Source: Leisingera sp. (GTDB lineage: Bacteria > Pseudomonadota > Alphaproteobacteria > Rhodobacterales > Rhodobacteraceae). From it: a DNA stretch of 58,656 nucleotides. The stretch is taken from contig NZ_JAXMOX010000001.1 in assembly GCF_034669605.1 (NCBI RefSeq), positions 1-58,656 on the forward strand, read 5' to 3'. Positions 38,559 to 47,230 of this stretch are shown here, piece after piece; positions within the stretch are counted from its first letter, which is position 1, and each line of letters opens with the position of its first letter. The translations under genes were made by a program, and so were the position numbers. The notes beneath the pieces are model-generated. The model saw nothing but the letters and a program-made list of their open reading frames with translations. It did not search any database and was not told the DNA's origin.

Positions 38559-39649
38559 CAGTCCATCAGGAGGCGCCCGGCCCCCAGCTCCATGTTGACG
38601 AAAATTTCGCTGCCCGGCTCGAAAATCCGCTTGTTTCCGCGGTCGGAATTGGAGGTCCGCACGATGAACTGCGGCCCTTCGGCCAGATCGACCAGAGTGC
38701 TGATGTCGGTGCCGACAAAGATGTTCTCGGCGACCCGCCCTTTCAGGCTTTCGGCCTCCACCGGCGCGTCGGACATGAACAGCCGCTCGGGCCGCACCGA
38801 CATATGCACCTTGGCGCCGGTCCCTATGCCCTCGACCGAATTGCAGGACAGCGCCTGGCCGCCGCCCAGATGGCAGGTCGCTCGGCCGTTCATGACCTGA
38901 TCCACCGACACCTCCAAAAGATTGGTCTCGCCGATGAAATCCGCCACAAACATATTGCGCGGCTGCTCATAGATCTCGGTCGGGGTGCCCAGCTGCTGCA
39001 ACTCGCCCGCCGACATCACCGCGATGCGGTCGGACATGGTCAGCGCCTCTTCCTGATCGTGGGTCACAAAGATGAATGTGATCCCGGTTTCCCGCTGCAG
39101 GTGCTTCAGTTCCAGCTGCATCTGCTTGCGCAGTTTCAGGTCCAGCGCCGACAGCGGCTCATCCAGAAGCAGGACTTTGGGCTGCGGCGCCAGCGCACGC
39201 GCCAGCGCCACACGCTGCTGCTGGCCACCGGAGAGCTGGGACGGTTTGCGGGCAGCGAACTGCGACAGCTGCACCAGCTCCAGCATTTCGCCTGCGCGGG
39301 TGCGAGCCTCAGCCTTGGACTTGCCGCGCATTTCCAAGCCAAAGGCGACGTTGTCCAGGTTCGTCATATGCGGAAACAGCGCATAGTTCTGAAACACCGT
39401 GTTCACCGGCCGCTGGTGCGGGGGAAGTTTGGCAATCTCCTCGCCAAACAGCAGGATCTCTCCTTCGGTCACATCCTCGAACCCGGCGATCATCCGCAAA
39501 AGCGTGGTCTTGCCGCAGCCAGACGGCCCCAGCAGGGTGAAGAACTCATTGTCCTCGATGGTCAGCGAGATCCGCTTGAGGGCTGTGAAATCGCCATAGC
39601 GCTTGACCGCATTGCGCACATCAATTGCGTTTGTCGTATTGCCGGGCAC
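38558..39649 (-). CDS. PotA-type ABC ATPase
   Basis: GPSGCGKT, LSGGQQQR, LLLDEP, VTHDQEEA; GTG start. Confidence 0.93.
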   Translation of the reverse strand: MPGNTTNAIDVRNAVKRYGDFTALKRISLTIEDNEFFTLLGPSGCGKTTLLRMIAGFEDVTEGEILLFGEEIAKLPPHQRPVNTVFQNYALFPHMTNLDNVAFGLEMRGKSKAEARTRAGEMLELVQLSQFAARKPSQLSGGQQQRVALARALAPQPKVLLLDEPLSALDLKLRKQMQLELKHLQRETGITFIFVTHDQEEALTMSDRIAVMSAGELQQLGTPTEIYEQPRNMFVADFIGETNLLEVSVDQVMNGRATCHLGGGQALSCNSVEGIGTGAKVHMSVRPERLFMSDAPVEAESLKGRVAENIFVGTDISTLVDLAEGPQFIVRTSNSDRGNKRIFEPGSEIFVNMELGAGRLLMD

Positions 39650-39735
39650 TTGCGCTTCCCCCTCTGCCGCATGTCGTTTGATCCAGCATAGGCAGCGGCG
39701 GGGGTGTGGCTAAGAATTGACTTCCTCAGCAAATG

Positions 39736-39750
39736 TTAGTCTGCGCCTAA
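39736..39750. promoter_or_regulatory. LysR-type box, copy 1 (upstream of the ABC transporter)
   Basis: TTAG-tctgcgc-CTAA; same motif at 43484 and 48614. Confidence 0.65.
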
Positions 39751-39970
39751 TCTTTTAAAGTTGTTCAGCGTCAATAGATTAGCATTTTCATGGCGAGACT
39801 TTCCGGGCGGGGAACTGCAGCGCTCCGCAGGGAAACCGGGATACGCCCGGGGGGCCGCATCCGCACGGCGCCGGGGGAAACGGGAAAATTGTCATCTGAC
39901 AATTCCGCTGGAACTCAAAGCCAAATCCGCCATCAGAACAAAGCCGCAGCATCCTGCGCCGCCCCTGCCG

Positions 39971-41122
39971 CTACTGTGTCAGGCCGCCGAGGATGCGGTC
40001 CATCATCGCGTCGCAGGCCGTCAGCTGGCGCAGCTCCAGATATTCGTCGGGCTTGTGCCCCTGCCCCGCCATCGAGCCGGGACCGCAGACAACGGTCGGC
40101 ACGCCCAGCTGATGGAAAAACCCGGCCTCGGTGCCAAAGGCAACTTTTGTGGTGCGGCTGCTCCGGGCGAGCGTCCGGGCATAATCGGCGACCGCACTGT
40201 CCGCTGGCACATCCAGACCGGGGTAGGCGTTGTATTGCTCCACCTCGATGCGGGCGTCCTTTGCCGGATAGCGGCAGGAAACCCGGTCTGCCGCGTCCCG
40301 GATCCGCGCCAGTATGTCCGCGCCCCGGTCAGCCGCCAGATGGCGGTACTCAAAGGTCAGCTCAGCCCGGTCCGGCACGATGTTCAGCGCGGTGCCGCCG
40401 GACATTTTCCCCGCGTGGACAGTGGAATAGGGCACGTCATAGGCTGCGTCCCGCGGGCCATTGGCGGCGAAATCCGCCTGCAGCGCGCGCAGTTCGGCCA
40501 GCAAGTCCGCCGCCAGGTGCAGCGCGTTGGTAAAATCCGGTGCCAGGGCGGAATGGCCGCTTTGGCCGTGGCACACAGCACGCAGGGCAGCCTTGCCCTT
40601 GTGGCCGATGGCCACCTGCATTTCCGTTGGCTCTCCCACGATACAGGCCCGCGGGCTGCCGATCAGCGGTGCCAGCCGCTCCAGCATTTGTTGAATGCCG
40701 ACGCAGCCGACTTCTTCGTCATAAGACAGCACAATTTTCAACGGCTCGTTCAAATTTACTGATGCCGCCCGGTCCGCCAGCGCCAGAACACTGGCCGCAT
40801 ATCCCTTCATATCGGTGGTACCGCGGCCATAGATGCGCTCGCCCTCGCGGGTCAGTCGGAAAGGGTCGCGGGTCCACTCCTGGCCGTCCACCGGCACCAC
40901 ATCAGTATGCGCCGACAGCAGAACCCCCGGCCCTGCCAGGCCTTTTTCGGCATAAAGCCCCGTTTTGGTGCCATCCGGCGACGGCAGCCGCGTCACCGCA
41001 AAGCCGCGCTCCACCAGAAAGGCCCCGGCATAGGCGGCCAGGTCCAGATTGGAGTTGCGGCTGACCGTGTCAAACGCGATCAGCCGCTCCAGGATCTCCA
41101 GCGTCCGTGACGTGTCAGTCAA
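39971..41122 (-). CDS. M20 ArgE-family amidohydrolase (HinG-like)
   Basis: SAHTDVVP, GRGTTDMKG, DEEVG, VGEPT, GTEAG, HKPDE; TTG start overlapping the dodecin stop. Confidence 0.88.
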   Translation of the reverse strand: MTDTSRTLEILERLIAFDTVSRNSNLDLAAYAGAFLVERGFAVTRLPSPDGTKTGLYAEKGLAGPGVLLSAHTDVVPVDGQEWTRDPFRLTREGERIYGRGTTDMKGYAASVLALADRAASVNLNEPLKIVLSYDEEVGCVGIQQMLERLAPLIGSPRACIVGEPTEMQVAIGHKGKAALRAVCHGQSGHSALAPDFTNALHLAADLLAELRALQADFAANGPRDAAYDVPYSTVHAGKMSGGTALNIVPDRAELTFEYRHLAADRGADILARIRDAADRVSCRYPAKDARIEVEQYNAYPGLDVPADSAVADYARTLARSSRTTKVAFGTEAGFFHQLGVPTVVCGPGSMAGQGHKPDEYLELRQLTACDAMMDRILGGLTQ

Positions 41123-41321
41123 GCCGGAACCCGATTTTGAGCGCGACCTGGTAGTGCGCGACCTTGGCGTTCTCGACATGGCCGCGGATCTCGCCGACCT
41201 CGAACCAGCTGATGTGGTCGATGGTCTTGGACGCTTTGGCAATCGCGCCGCTTACCGCATCCTCGATGCTGCTGGCGGAGCTGCCCACCACATCGACCGT
41301 CTTGTAAATTGAGTCACTCAT
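41115..41321 (-). CDS. Dodecin (flavin-binding)
   Basis: YKTVDVVGSS, WFEVGEIRGHV, HYQVALKIGFRLD; 68 aa; ggag RBS. Confidence 0.92.
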   Translation of the reverse strand: MSDSIYKTVDVVGSSASSIEDAVSGAIAKASKTIDHISWFEVGEIRGHVENAKVAHYQVALKIGFRLD

Positions 41322-41332
41322 CACTTTTCTCC

Positions 41333-43402
41333 TCACTCTGCAGCCAGCTCGGTGATCTCGCGGCGGAATGGCAGCGCATCGCCGATATCCGGCTCATCCA
41401 GCTCCCGCGCATAACGGTGGCCTGCGTAAGTAGCCCACGCAATCGGCCCCGGCGCGTTCGCATCGCCGATCAGTTTGACCGATTTGATGCCTGCGTCCAG
41501 CCATTCCGCCTCGCGGGAGAGGAGATTTTCATAAAGCCCATCGTTACCAATGCGCGAAGCGACCATCACAACCGCGTCCGCCTCGATATTCCAGGTGCGG
41601 TCCGTATAGGTGCAGTTGGAGACCACATAACCGGCGTGGATTTCACTAATGCCCTGATTGAGAACGATTTCCACCCCGGCGTCGACCAGCCGCGGATGGA
41701 TCGCCACCTGCTCCAGAGTGTTGTTGGTCCAGTCGCTGACATAGGCCGAGGGTGTCACCAGCGTCACCTGCGCGCCTTTTGACGCCAGCAGCTCGGCCAG
41801 CACCCCGCCCATGTAATAATGGTCATCATCATAAACCACCACACGGCCTTCGGGGATGGTGCCGTCCATCAGGTCATCGGGGGTATAGATCCTTGCGCCT
41901 GCGGCAATCGGCATCGGCACCACGTGCTGGCGCGCGACCCCGTCGGCGCGCCATGTCGCTCCGGTTGCGATGCAGATGTTTTCAAAGCCGAATTCCAGAA
42001 TGCTGTCCGCATCCAACGGGCTTTCGCGGTAGATCTCCACATTCGGGCGCTGGCTCAGCTGGTAGTCGCGGTAATCCACCACCCGGCCCCAGGCGTTGAG
42101 GCCCGGCAGCATGCGTTCGCGCGTTACCCGGCCGCCGATCACATCCTTGGCCTCGGCCACCGCCACGTCATAGCCGCGGCGGCACAGCGCCCAGGCGGCC
42201 TCCAGACCAGCCGGGCCGGAGCCGACCACCAGCACGTTATCGCTGCCGCCCTTGGTGTTCATCTTTTCCGGATGCCAGCCCTTGCGCCATTCCTCCATAA
42301 AGGTCGGGTTCTGGGTGCAGCGGCTGATCGACATAGTCATGTCGCCGGTGATGCAGATGTTGCAGCCGATGCATTCGCGGATGTCCTCGATGCGGCCTTC
42401 CTCGATCTTTTTTGGCAGGAAGGGATCGGCGATCGACGGCCGCGCGCAGCCGATGAAGTCGAGCGTGCCGGATTTCACCATCCTGGCCATCACGTCGGGG
42501 CTGGTGAAGCGGCCGACACCGACGATGGGTTTCTCCGTCAGCTCATGAATGCCGCGCACCAGCTGTTCCTGCGCGGCCTCTTCCTTGAAACGGCTGGGGC
42601 CGGAACAATCCTCCCACGTCCCCTGCGCCAGGTCCCACAGATCCGGCAGGTCCTTGTTCATCTCGATGTAATCGCGCACCTCGGCGTTGGAAAAACCCAG
42701 CTCGCCGATGGTTTCGTCCAGGCTGACCCGCAGCGTGATCGCCATGGTATCGCCCACCGCATCGCGCATGTCCGCGATGACTTCCTGGCTGAACCGCGCG
42801 CGGTTCTCCAAGCTGCCGCCGTACTCATCAGAACGCTGGTTGGTCGCCCGGCTCAGGAAGTGCTGGAAAATGCCGAACCCATGCGCGCCATAAAGGCAGA
42901 TCAGGTCGAAGCCAGCGTCCTTGGACCGTTTCGCCGCATTCACGAACCAGCGGCGCAGATCCCTGATGTCCTGCTTGTCCAGCGCGCGCGCCTGCACCGG
43001 GTCATTGGTAAAGGTGCGGATCGGCAGCGCCGAGGGCGCCAGCGGCACTTCCTTGGAATAAAGGTTCGGCCCGTTGATCCCGGAATAGGCCAGCTGAATG
43101 CCGGCCAGCGCGCCGTGCGTCTTCATCCGCTCCGACATCTTCCTGAGCTGCGGGATATCCTTGTCCTCCCACAGGCGCAGTTCGATAAAGGGGGTGATCT
43201 CGCTGGTGTGGTGCATCTCGCATTGTTCGGTGAAAATCACCCCCCAGCCGCCTTCGGCCTTGATGCCGCGCATCGCTGCCGCCGCCGACGGATCGCGGTA
43301 ACCGCCGCCGTTGCAATGCGGCACCTGGTAAAACCGGTTCTTGGCGGTAAGCGGGCCGATGTTCATCGGCTCGAACAGAATGTCATAGCGGGGATCGCGC
43401 AA
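41333..43402 (-). CDS. TMADH-family iron-sulfur flavoprotein, probable histamine dehydrogenase
   Basis: NRFYQVPHC (6-S-cysteinyl-FMN Cys), YGAHG, CIGCNIC-x11-C 4Fe-4S, GSGPAG; TEQ and ITGD residues as in histamine dehydrogenases; TTG start with aaggag RBS. Confidence 0.85.
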   Translation of the reverse strand: MRDPRYDILFEPMNIGPLTAKNRFYQVPHCNGGGYRDPSAAAAMRGIKAEGGWGVIFTEQCEMHHTSEITPFIELRLWEDKDIPQLRKMSERMKTHGALAGIQLAYSGINGPNLYSKEVPLAPSALPIRTFTNDPVQARALDKQDIRDLRRWFVNAAKRSKDAGFDLICLYGAHGFGIFQHFLSRATNQRSDEYGGSLENRARFSQEVIADMRDAVGDTMAITLRVSLDETIGELGFSNAEVRDYIEMNKDLPDLWDLAQGTWEDCSGPSRFKEEAAQEQLVRGIHELTEKPIVGVGRFTSPDVMARMVKSGTLDFIGCARPSIADPFLPKKIEEGRIEDIRECIGCNICITGDMTMSISRCTQNPTFMEEWRKGWHPEKMNTKGGSDNVLVVGSGPAGLEAAWALCRRGYDVAVAEAKDVIGGRVTRERMLPGLNAWGRVVDYRDYQLSQRPNVEIYRESPLDADSILEFGFENICIATGATWRADGVARQHVVPMPIAAGARIYTPDDLMDGTIPEGRVVVYDDDHYYMGGVLAELLASKGAQVTLVTPSAYVSDWTNNTLEQVAIHPRLVDAGVEIVLNQGISEIHAGYVVSNCTYTDRTWNIEADAVVMVASRIGNDGLYENLLSREAEWLDAGIKSVKLIGDANAPGPIAWATYAGHRYARELDEPDIGDALPFRREITELAAE

Positions 43403-43483
43403 TTTCCATCTCCTTTGGTGCAAGAGCACTCAAAGGGTACAGGACTGGGCGGGGCGCGAAAGGTCAGCTTGCGGAAGCATTGA

Positions 43484-43498
43484 TTAGCCTGCCGCTAA
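43484..43498. promoter_or_regulatory. LysR-type box, copy 2 (upstream of the dehydrogenase)
   Basis: TTAG-cctgccg-CTAA. Confidence 0.65.
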
Positions 43499-43507
43499 GC
43501 CGCTGGC

Positions 43508-44446
43508 CTACCCCTGCGGTACGGCGTTCAAACCGGGCAAGGCGCCGGCCTTCACCAAGTCCGTGCAATGCTCGACAAAGGAGCGGATGGTGATTGAGTT
43601 TTCCGAGTCCGGTGCCATCAGCAGCCCCATCCGCATCGGCCGCAAATCGCCCTTCAGCGGGATGAACTTCAGCGTCTTGCCGTCGGGGGACTGGTCATTG
43701 ATGGGACGGATATTGGCAATCGAATAGCCGTATCCATTGGCTACCAGACTGCGCATCACCGCGATGTCGCGGGTGCGTTCGGCCACGTTGGGCTTGATCC
43801 CGGCCTCATGGAAAAACGACAGGAAGTACTCGGCGCTGAACGGCAGGTCCAGCAGCACCATCGGATGCTCGCGCAGTTCCTTCACCGTGACCTCCGGCAG
43901 ATCCGCCAGCGGATGCCCCTCGCCGACCAGCGCATAGGGCGGCAGCTCCGCCAGGGTGATGAACCGCAGATCCGCCGGAATATCCAGATTGTAGGTCAGC
44001 GCAATGTCCAGCTCCGCCCGCCGGATACCGCTGAAAATTGCCGCCTGATCCAGCTCGATCTGGCGCACATGCACGTCCTTGTAGCGGTCCTCGAACCCGC
44101 GCCGCACCGCAGGCAGCACCACCTGGGCAAAGGTCAGCAGGCAGCCGATCGCCAGCGGCCCCCGCACCTGGCCGGAGATATCGCCGGCAATATCCATCAG
44201 CCGGTCCGCCTCGTGCAGGACGCTGCGGGCCTGCTCCAGCATCACCCGCCCCGCCTGGGTCAGCGCCAGCCCTTGCGCGTGCTGGCGCACAAACAGCGGC
44301 AGCCCGAATTCCTGTTCAAGCTGCGCAATCGCCGCCGAGATCGACGGCGACGACACGTTCACTTTCTCCGAGGCCAGCGCGATTGAGCCCGCCTCCCCGA
44401 CCGCAACGAAATACTCCAACTGGCGCAGCGTGTATCTGACTGGCAA
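43508..44446 (-). CDS. LysR-family regulator (HinK-like)
   Basis: YTLRQLEYFVAVGEAGSIALASEKVNVSSPSISAAI, MVLLDLPFS, RSLVANG. Confidence 0.9.
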   Translation of the reverse strand: MPVRYTLRQLEYFVAVGEAGSIALASEKVNVSSPSISAAIAQLEQEFGLPLFVRQHAQGLALTQAGRVMLEQARSVLHEADRLMDIAGDISGQVRGPLAIGCLLTFAQVVLPAVRRGFEDRYKDVHVRQIELDQAAIFSGIRRAELDIALTYNLDIPADLRFITLAELPPYALVGEGHPLADLPEVTVKELREHPMVLLDLPFSAEYFLSFFHEAGIKPNVAERTRDIAVMRSLVANGYGYSIANIRPINDQSPDGKTLKFIPLKGDLRPMRMGLLMAPDSENSITIRSFVEHCTDLVKAGALPGLNAVPQG

Positions 44447-44473
44447 GGGCAGGCTCTCCCGGGGCTTGGCGGA

Positions 44474-45970
44474 TCAGGTCTTGTACTTGATCCAGGTGGT
44501 CTTCAGCGCAGTGTACTTCTCCAGCGAGTGCAAGGACAGGTCCCGCCCGAAACCGGACTGTTTCATGCCCCCGAACGGCGTCTGCGCCGACAGCGCGTCC
44601 ACCGTGTTAACCGACACCGTGCCCACCTGCAGGCGGTCCGCCACCCGGCAGGCGCGGCTGAGGTTATCGGTCCAGACCGATGCCGCCAGCCCATAGACCG
44701 AGTCATTGGCCATTGCGACGGCCTCATCCTCGCGGTCAAAGGGAATAACCGACAGCACAGGGCCAAAAATCTCATCCCGCGCCAGCGGGTCGCCGTGGCT
44801 GACGTCATCAAAAATCGTCGGCTGCACGAAACATCCCTTGCCATCCACGGTGATCCGTTCGCCGCCCGCCACCAGATTGGCTGATGCCTTGCCCGCCTCG
44901 ACAAAACGCAGGATGCCCTCGGTCTGTTTCTCATCCACGATGGCCCCCATTTTCGACGCCGGATCCAGCGGATCGCCCGGCTGGGTGGCTTCGGCGCGGG
45001 CAATCAGCTTCTCGACAAATTCCTGCTGAATCGAACGTTCCACATAAAGCCGCGAGTTGGCAGAGCAGACTTCGCCCTGGTTGAAGAAAATCCCGAAGGC
45101 CGCCATATCCGCCGCCGCCTCCAGATCCCCGCAATCGGCAAACACCAGATTGGGGCTCTTGCCGCCGGTCTCGGGCCAGACCTGTTTCAGGTTCGACTGG
45201 CCGGAATACTGCATGAACATCTTGCCGATGGCAGTCGATCCGGTAAAGGCAAGGCAATCCACATCCATATGCAGCCCCAGCGCCTTGCCCGCGGTGGCGC
45301 CATAACCCGGCACCACGTTGAAGACCCCGTGCGGAACTCCGGCTTCCGCCGCCAGCTCCGCCAGCCGCAGCGCGCTCAGCGGCGATTGCTCCGCAGGCTT
45401 CAGCACAACCGAATTGCCCGCCGCCAGCGCCGCCGCCGCCTTCCAGGTCGCCATGTCCAGCGGGAAGTTCCAGGGCGTCACCGCCCCCACCACCCCCAAA
45501 GGCACGCGGGAGACCAGCGCCAAATCGCCCGGCCCGGTCGGCGCCACCTCGTCATAAATCTTGTCGATGGCCTCGGCGTGCCACTGGAAAAAATGCGCCG
45601 AGCCGGGCGCATCCACCGTCGCCGCATCGGTCACCAGCTTGCCCATGTCGAGCGAATCCAGCAGCGCCATCTCCTCCAGATTGGCGCGGATCAGGTCGGC
45701 CAACCGCAGCAGCACCGCCTTGCGATCCCCCGGCGCCATCTGCGACCAGCGCCCGTCCTCGAACGCCCGGCGCCCGGCGGCCACCGCGCGGTTCACGTCC
45801 TCTGCATCACATTCGGCAACCTGCGCCAGAACCTCGCCGGTCGCGGGGTTCACACTGGCAAAGGTTTTCCCCGACGCGGCATCCGTGAATTTGCCATCAA
45901 TGAAAGCCTGCCGGCGGAAAGACAGCGCCGCCGCGCGGCTTTTCCAGTCGTCATAGCTGTAGTCCAGCAT
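44474..45970 (-). CDS. PuuC-type aldehyde dehydrogenase (HinD-like)
   Basis: PWNFP, LKPAEQS, FTGS, ETGGKS, QGEVCSA, EIFGPV; start 45970 (RBS) or 46000 (ATGA overlap). Confidence 0.92.
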   Translation of the reverse strand: MLDYSYDDWKSRAAALSFRRQAFIDGKFTDAASGKTFASVNPATGEVLAQVAECDAEDVNRAVAAGRRAFEDGRWSQMAPGDRKAVLLRLADLIRANLEEMALLDSLDMGKLVTDAATVDAPGSAHFFQWHAEAIDKIYDEVAPTGPGDLALVSRVPLGVVGAVTPWNFPLDMATWKAAAALAAGNSVVLKPAEQSPLSALRLAELAAEAGVPHGVFNVVPGYGATAGKALGLHMDVDCLAFTGSTAIGKMFMQYSGQSNLKQVWPETGGKSPNLVFADCGDLEAAADMAAFGIFFNQGEVCSANSRLYVERSIQQEFVEKLIARAEATQPGDPLDPASKMGAIVDEKQTEGILRFVEAGKASANLVAGGERITVDGKGCFVQPTIFDDVSHGDPLARDEIFGPVLSVIPFDREDEAVAMANDSVYGLAASVWTDNLSRACRVADRLQVGTVSVNTVDALSAQTPFGGMKQSGFGRDLSLHSLEKYTALKTTWIKYKT

Positions 45971-45996
45971 CTCTTTCCCTCCCTGATCCGCCGCGC

Positions 45997-46671
45997 TCAT
46001 TCGTCGCCGGGCACGCCGTAGGACGGCGCCTCCCGCGGGTCGAGCGCACGCTGCACATAGGCGTCCAGCTGCGGCTTGTAGATCTCCCAGGCGGCGGCAA
46101 TGTTCTCGATGGGGCAGTCCCCGGTCCAGTCGCAGCGCAGATCCGCCACCGGCCAGCTCACCTTGTCGACGAGTTTCATGCCTGCCGAATGCACCGGCCC
46201 GGCTTCGCCGCCCGCCGCCAGCCCGGCGCGCATCGCGGCAATCAGCCGGTCGCCCAGATGCCCTTCAGCCGACTGAAACCCGTCCACAACCGCCTGGCAC
46301 ACCCCGTCATTGGCCAAAAGATTGCCGCCCGAGGCCGCGTCCTTGCCTTCCGCCTGGGTCCAGATCCCCAGGGAATTCGGCCCCGAATGAATGGCGGTGC
46401 CGCCGATGCTGTCCACCGCCAGCACCTGCCGGTAGTCGATGAACCGGCCGATCTCGCGCACCTTGGCCACCGCCGCCGCGGCGGTCATGCCCTGCTCCAT
46501 CAGATCCAGCGCCAGCGGGCCGAGGCTGGGATCGGTCACATTCTGGCTCGCCACCGCGCCAACGCCGGCGCGGGCAAAGGCACAGCGCGCCGCCACCGCC
46601 GGCGAAGAGGACGAAACCGCCACCCCGAACATGCCAGTCTGCGCACAGCGCGCCACAAGCGAAAAGGTCAT
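45997..46671 (-). CDS. DUF1028 Ntn-hydrolase-like protein (HinH-like)
   Basis: MTFSLVARC...GVAVSSSSPAVAARC, GNLL, AGGEAG, DLR. Confidence 0.88.
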   Translation of the reverse strand: MTFSLVARCAQTGMFGVAVSSSSPAVAARCAFARAGVGAVASQNVTDPSLGPLALDLMEQGMTAAAAVAKVREIGRFIDYRQVLAVDSIGGTAIHSGPNSLGIWTQAEGKDAASGGNLLANDGVCQAVVDGFQSAEGHLGDRLIAAMRAGLAAGGEAGPVHSAGMKLVDKVSWPVADLRCDWTGDCPIENIAAAWEIYKPQLDAYVQRALDPREAPSYGVPGDE

Positions 46672-46687
46672 TGCCGAACTCCCTGCT

Positions 46688-46745
46688 GCTTCTTTCTGGT
46701 TAAAAATTCTCCCGGGGGAGTGCGAGCGGGCAGGCAGCCCCCTCG
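46688..46745 (+). repeat. Dispersed intergenic repeat, family A full copy
   Basis: gcttctttctggttaaaaattctcccgggggagtgcgagcgggcaggcagccccctcg; related copies at 17459 and 35717. Confidence 0.7.
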
Positions 46746-46754
46746 TTTCCGCCC

Positions 46755-47171
46755 TTACTCCGGAATCACCGCCGTGCCGTCGATCTCCACCAGCCAGTCG
46801 GGCCGCGCCAGCGCCTGCACCACCAGCCCGGTCGAAACCGGATGCACGCCCTTGATGTATTCGCCCATGGTGCGGTAGACCGCCTCGCGGTGGCGCACGT
46901 CGGTGATATAGACCACCACCTTCACCAGATGCTCCATCGAGCCGCCTGCCTCCTCGATCAGCTGCTGGATGTTCTGCATCACCTTATGGGTCTGCTCGGC
47001 CGGATCGTGGCTGTCGATGTTCTTTGCATCCTCCAGGTTCTGCGGGCACTGGCCGCGCAGGTAGACGGTCTTGCCGCCGCTGGTCACCACCGCCTGGCAC
47101 AGATCGTTGTCCAGGTTCTGTTCCGGATAGGTGTCAGAGGTGTTGAATTTTCGGATACGGATATGGGCCAT
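46755..47171 (-). CDS. Rid-family protein (HinL-like)
   Basis: VYLRGQ, HLVKVVVYITD, PVSTG, WLVEIDGTAV. Confidence 0.88.
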   Translation of the reverse strand: MAHIRIRKFNTSDTYPEQNLDNDLCQAVVTSGGKTVYLRGQCPQNLEDAKNIDSHDPAEQTHKVMQNIQQLIEEAGGSMEHLVKVVVYITDVRHREAVYRTMGEYIKGVHPVSTGLVVQALARPDWLVEIDGTAVIPE

Positions 47172-47230
47172 GGTGTCCTCCTGGCGTGGCGGGATATCGG
47201 CGCCGCCGGGGCATCGCCCGGCGGCAGGGG

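Noticed and set aside
39971-41242. Arg/Ser-rich N-terminal extension on the ArgE-like ORF
   Set aside because: It overlaps the dodecin gene in another frame; homology begins at TTG 41122
41333-43402. Trimethylamine dehydrogenase call suggested by the nearby carnitine and MttB genes
   Set aside because: Substrate-pocket residues and gene neighbours fit histamine dehydrogenase better
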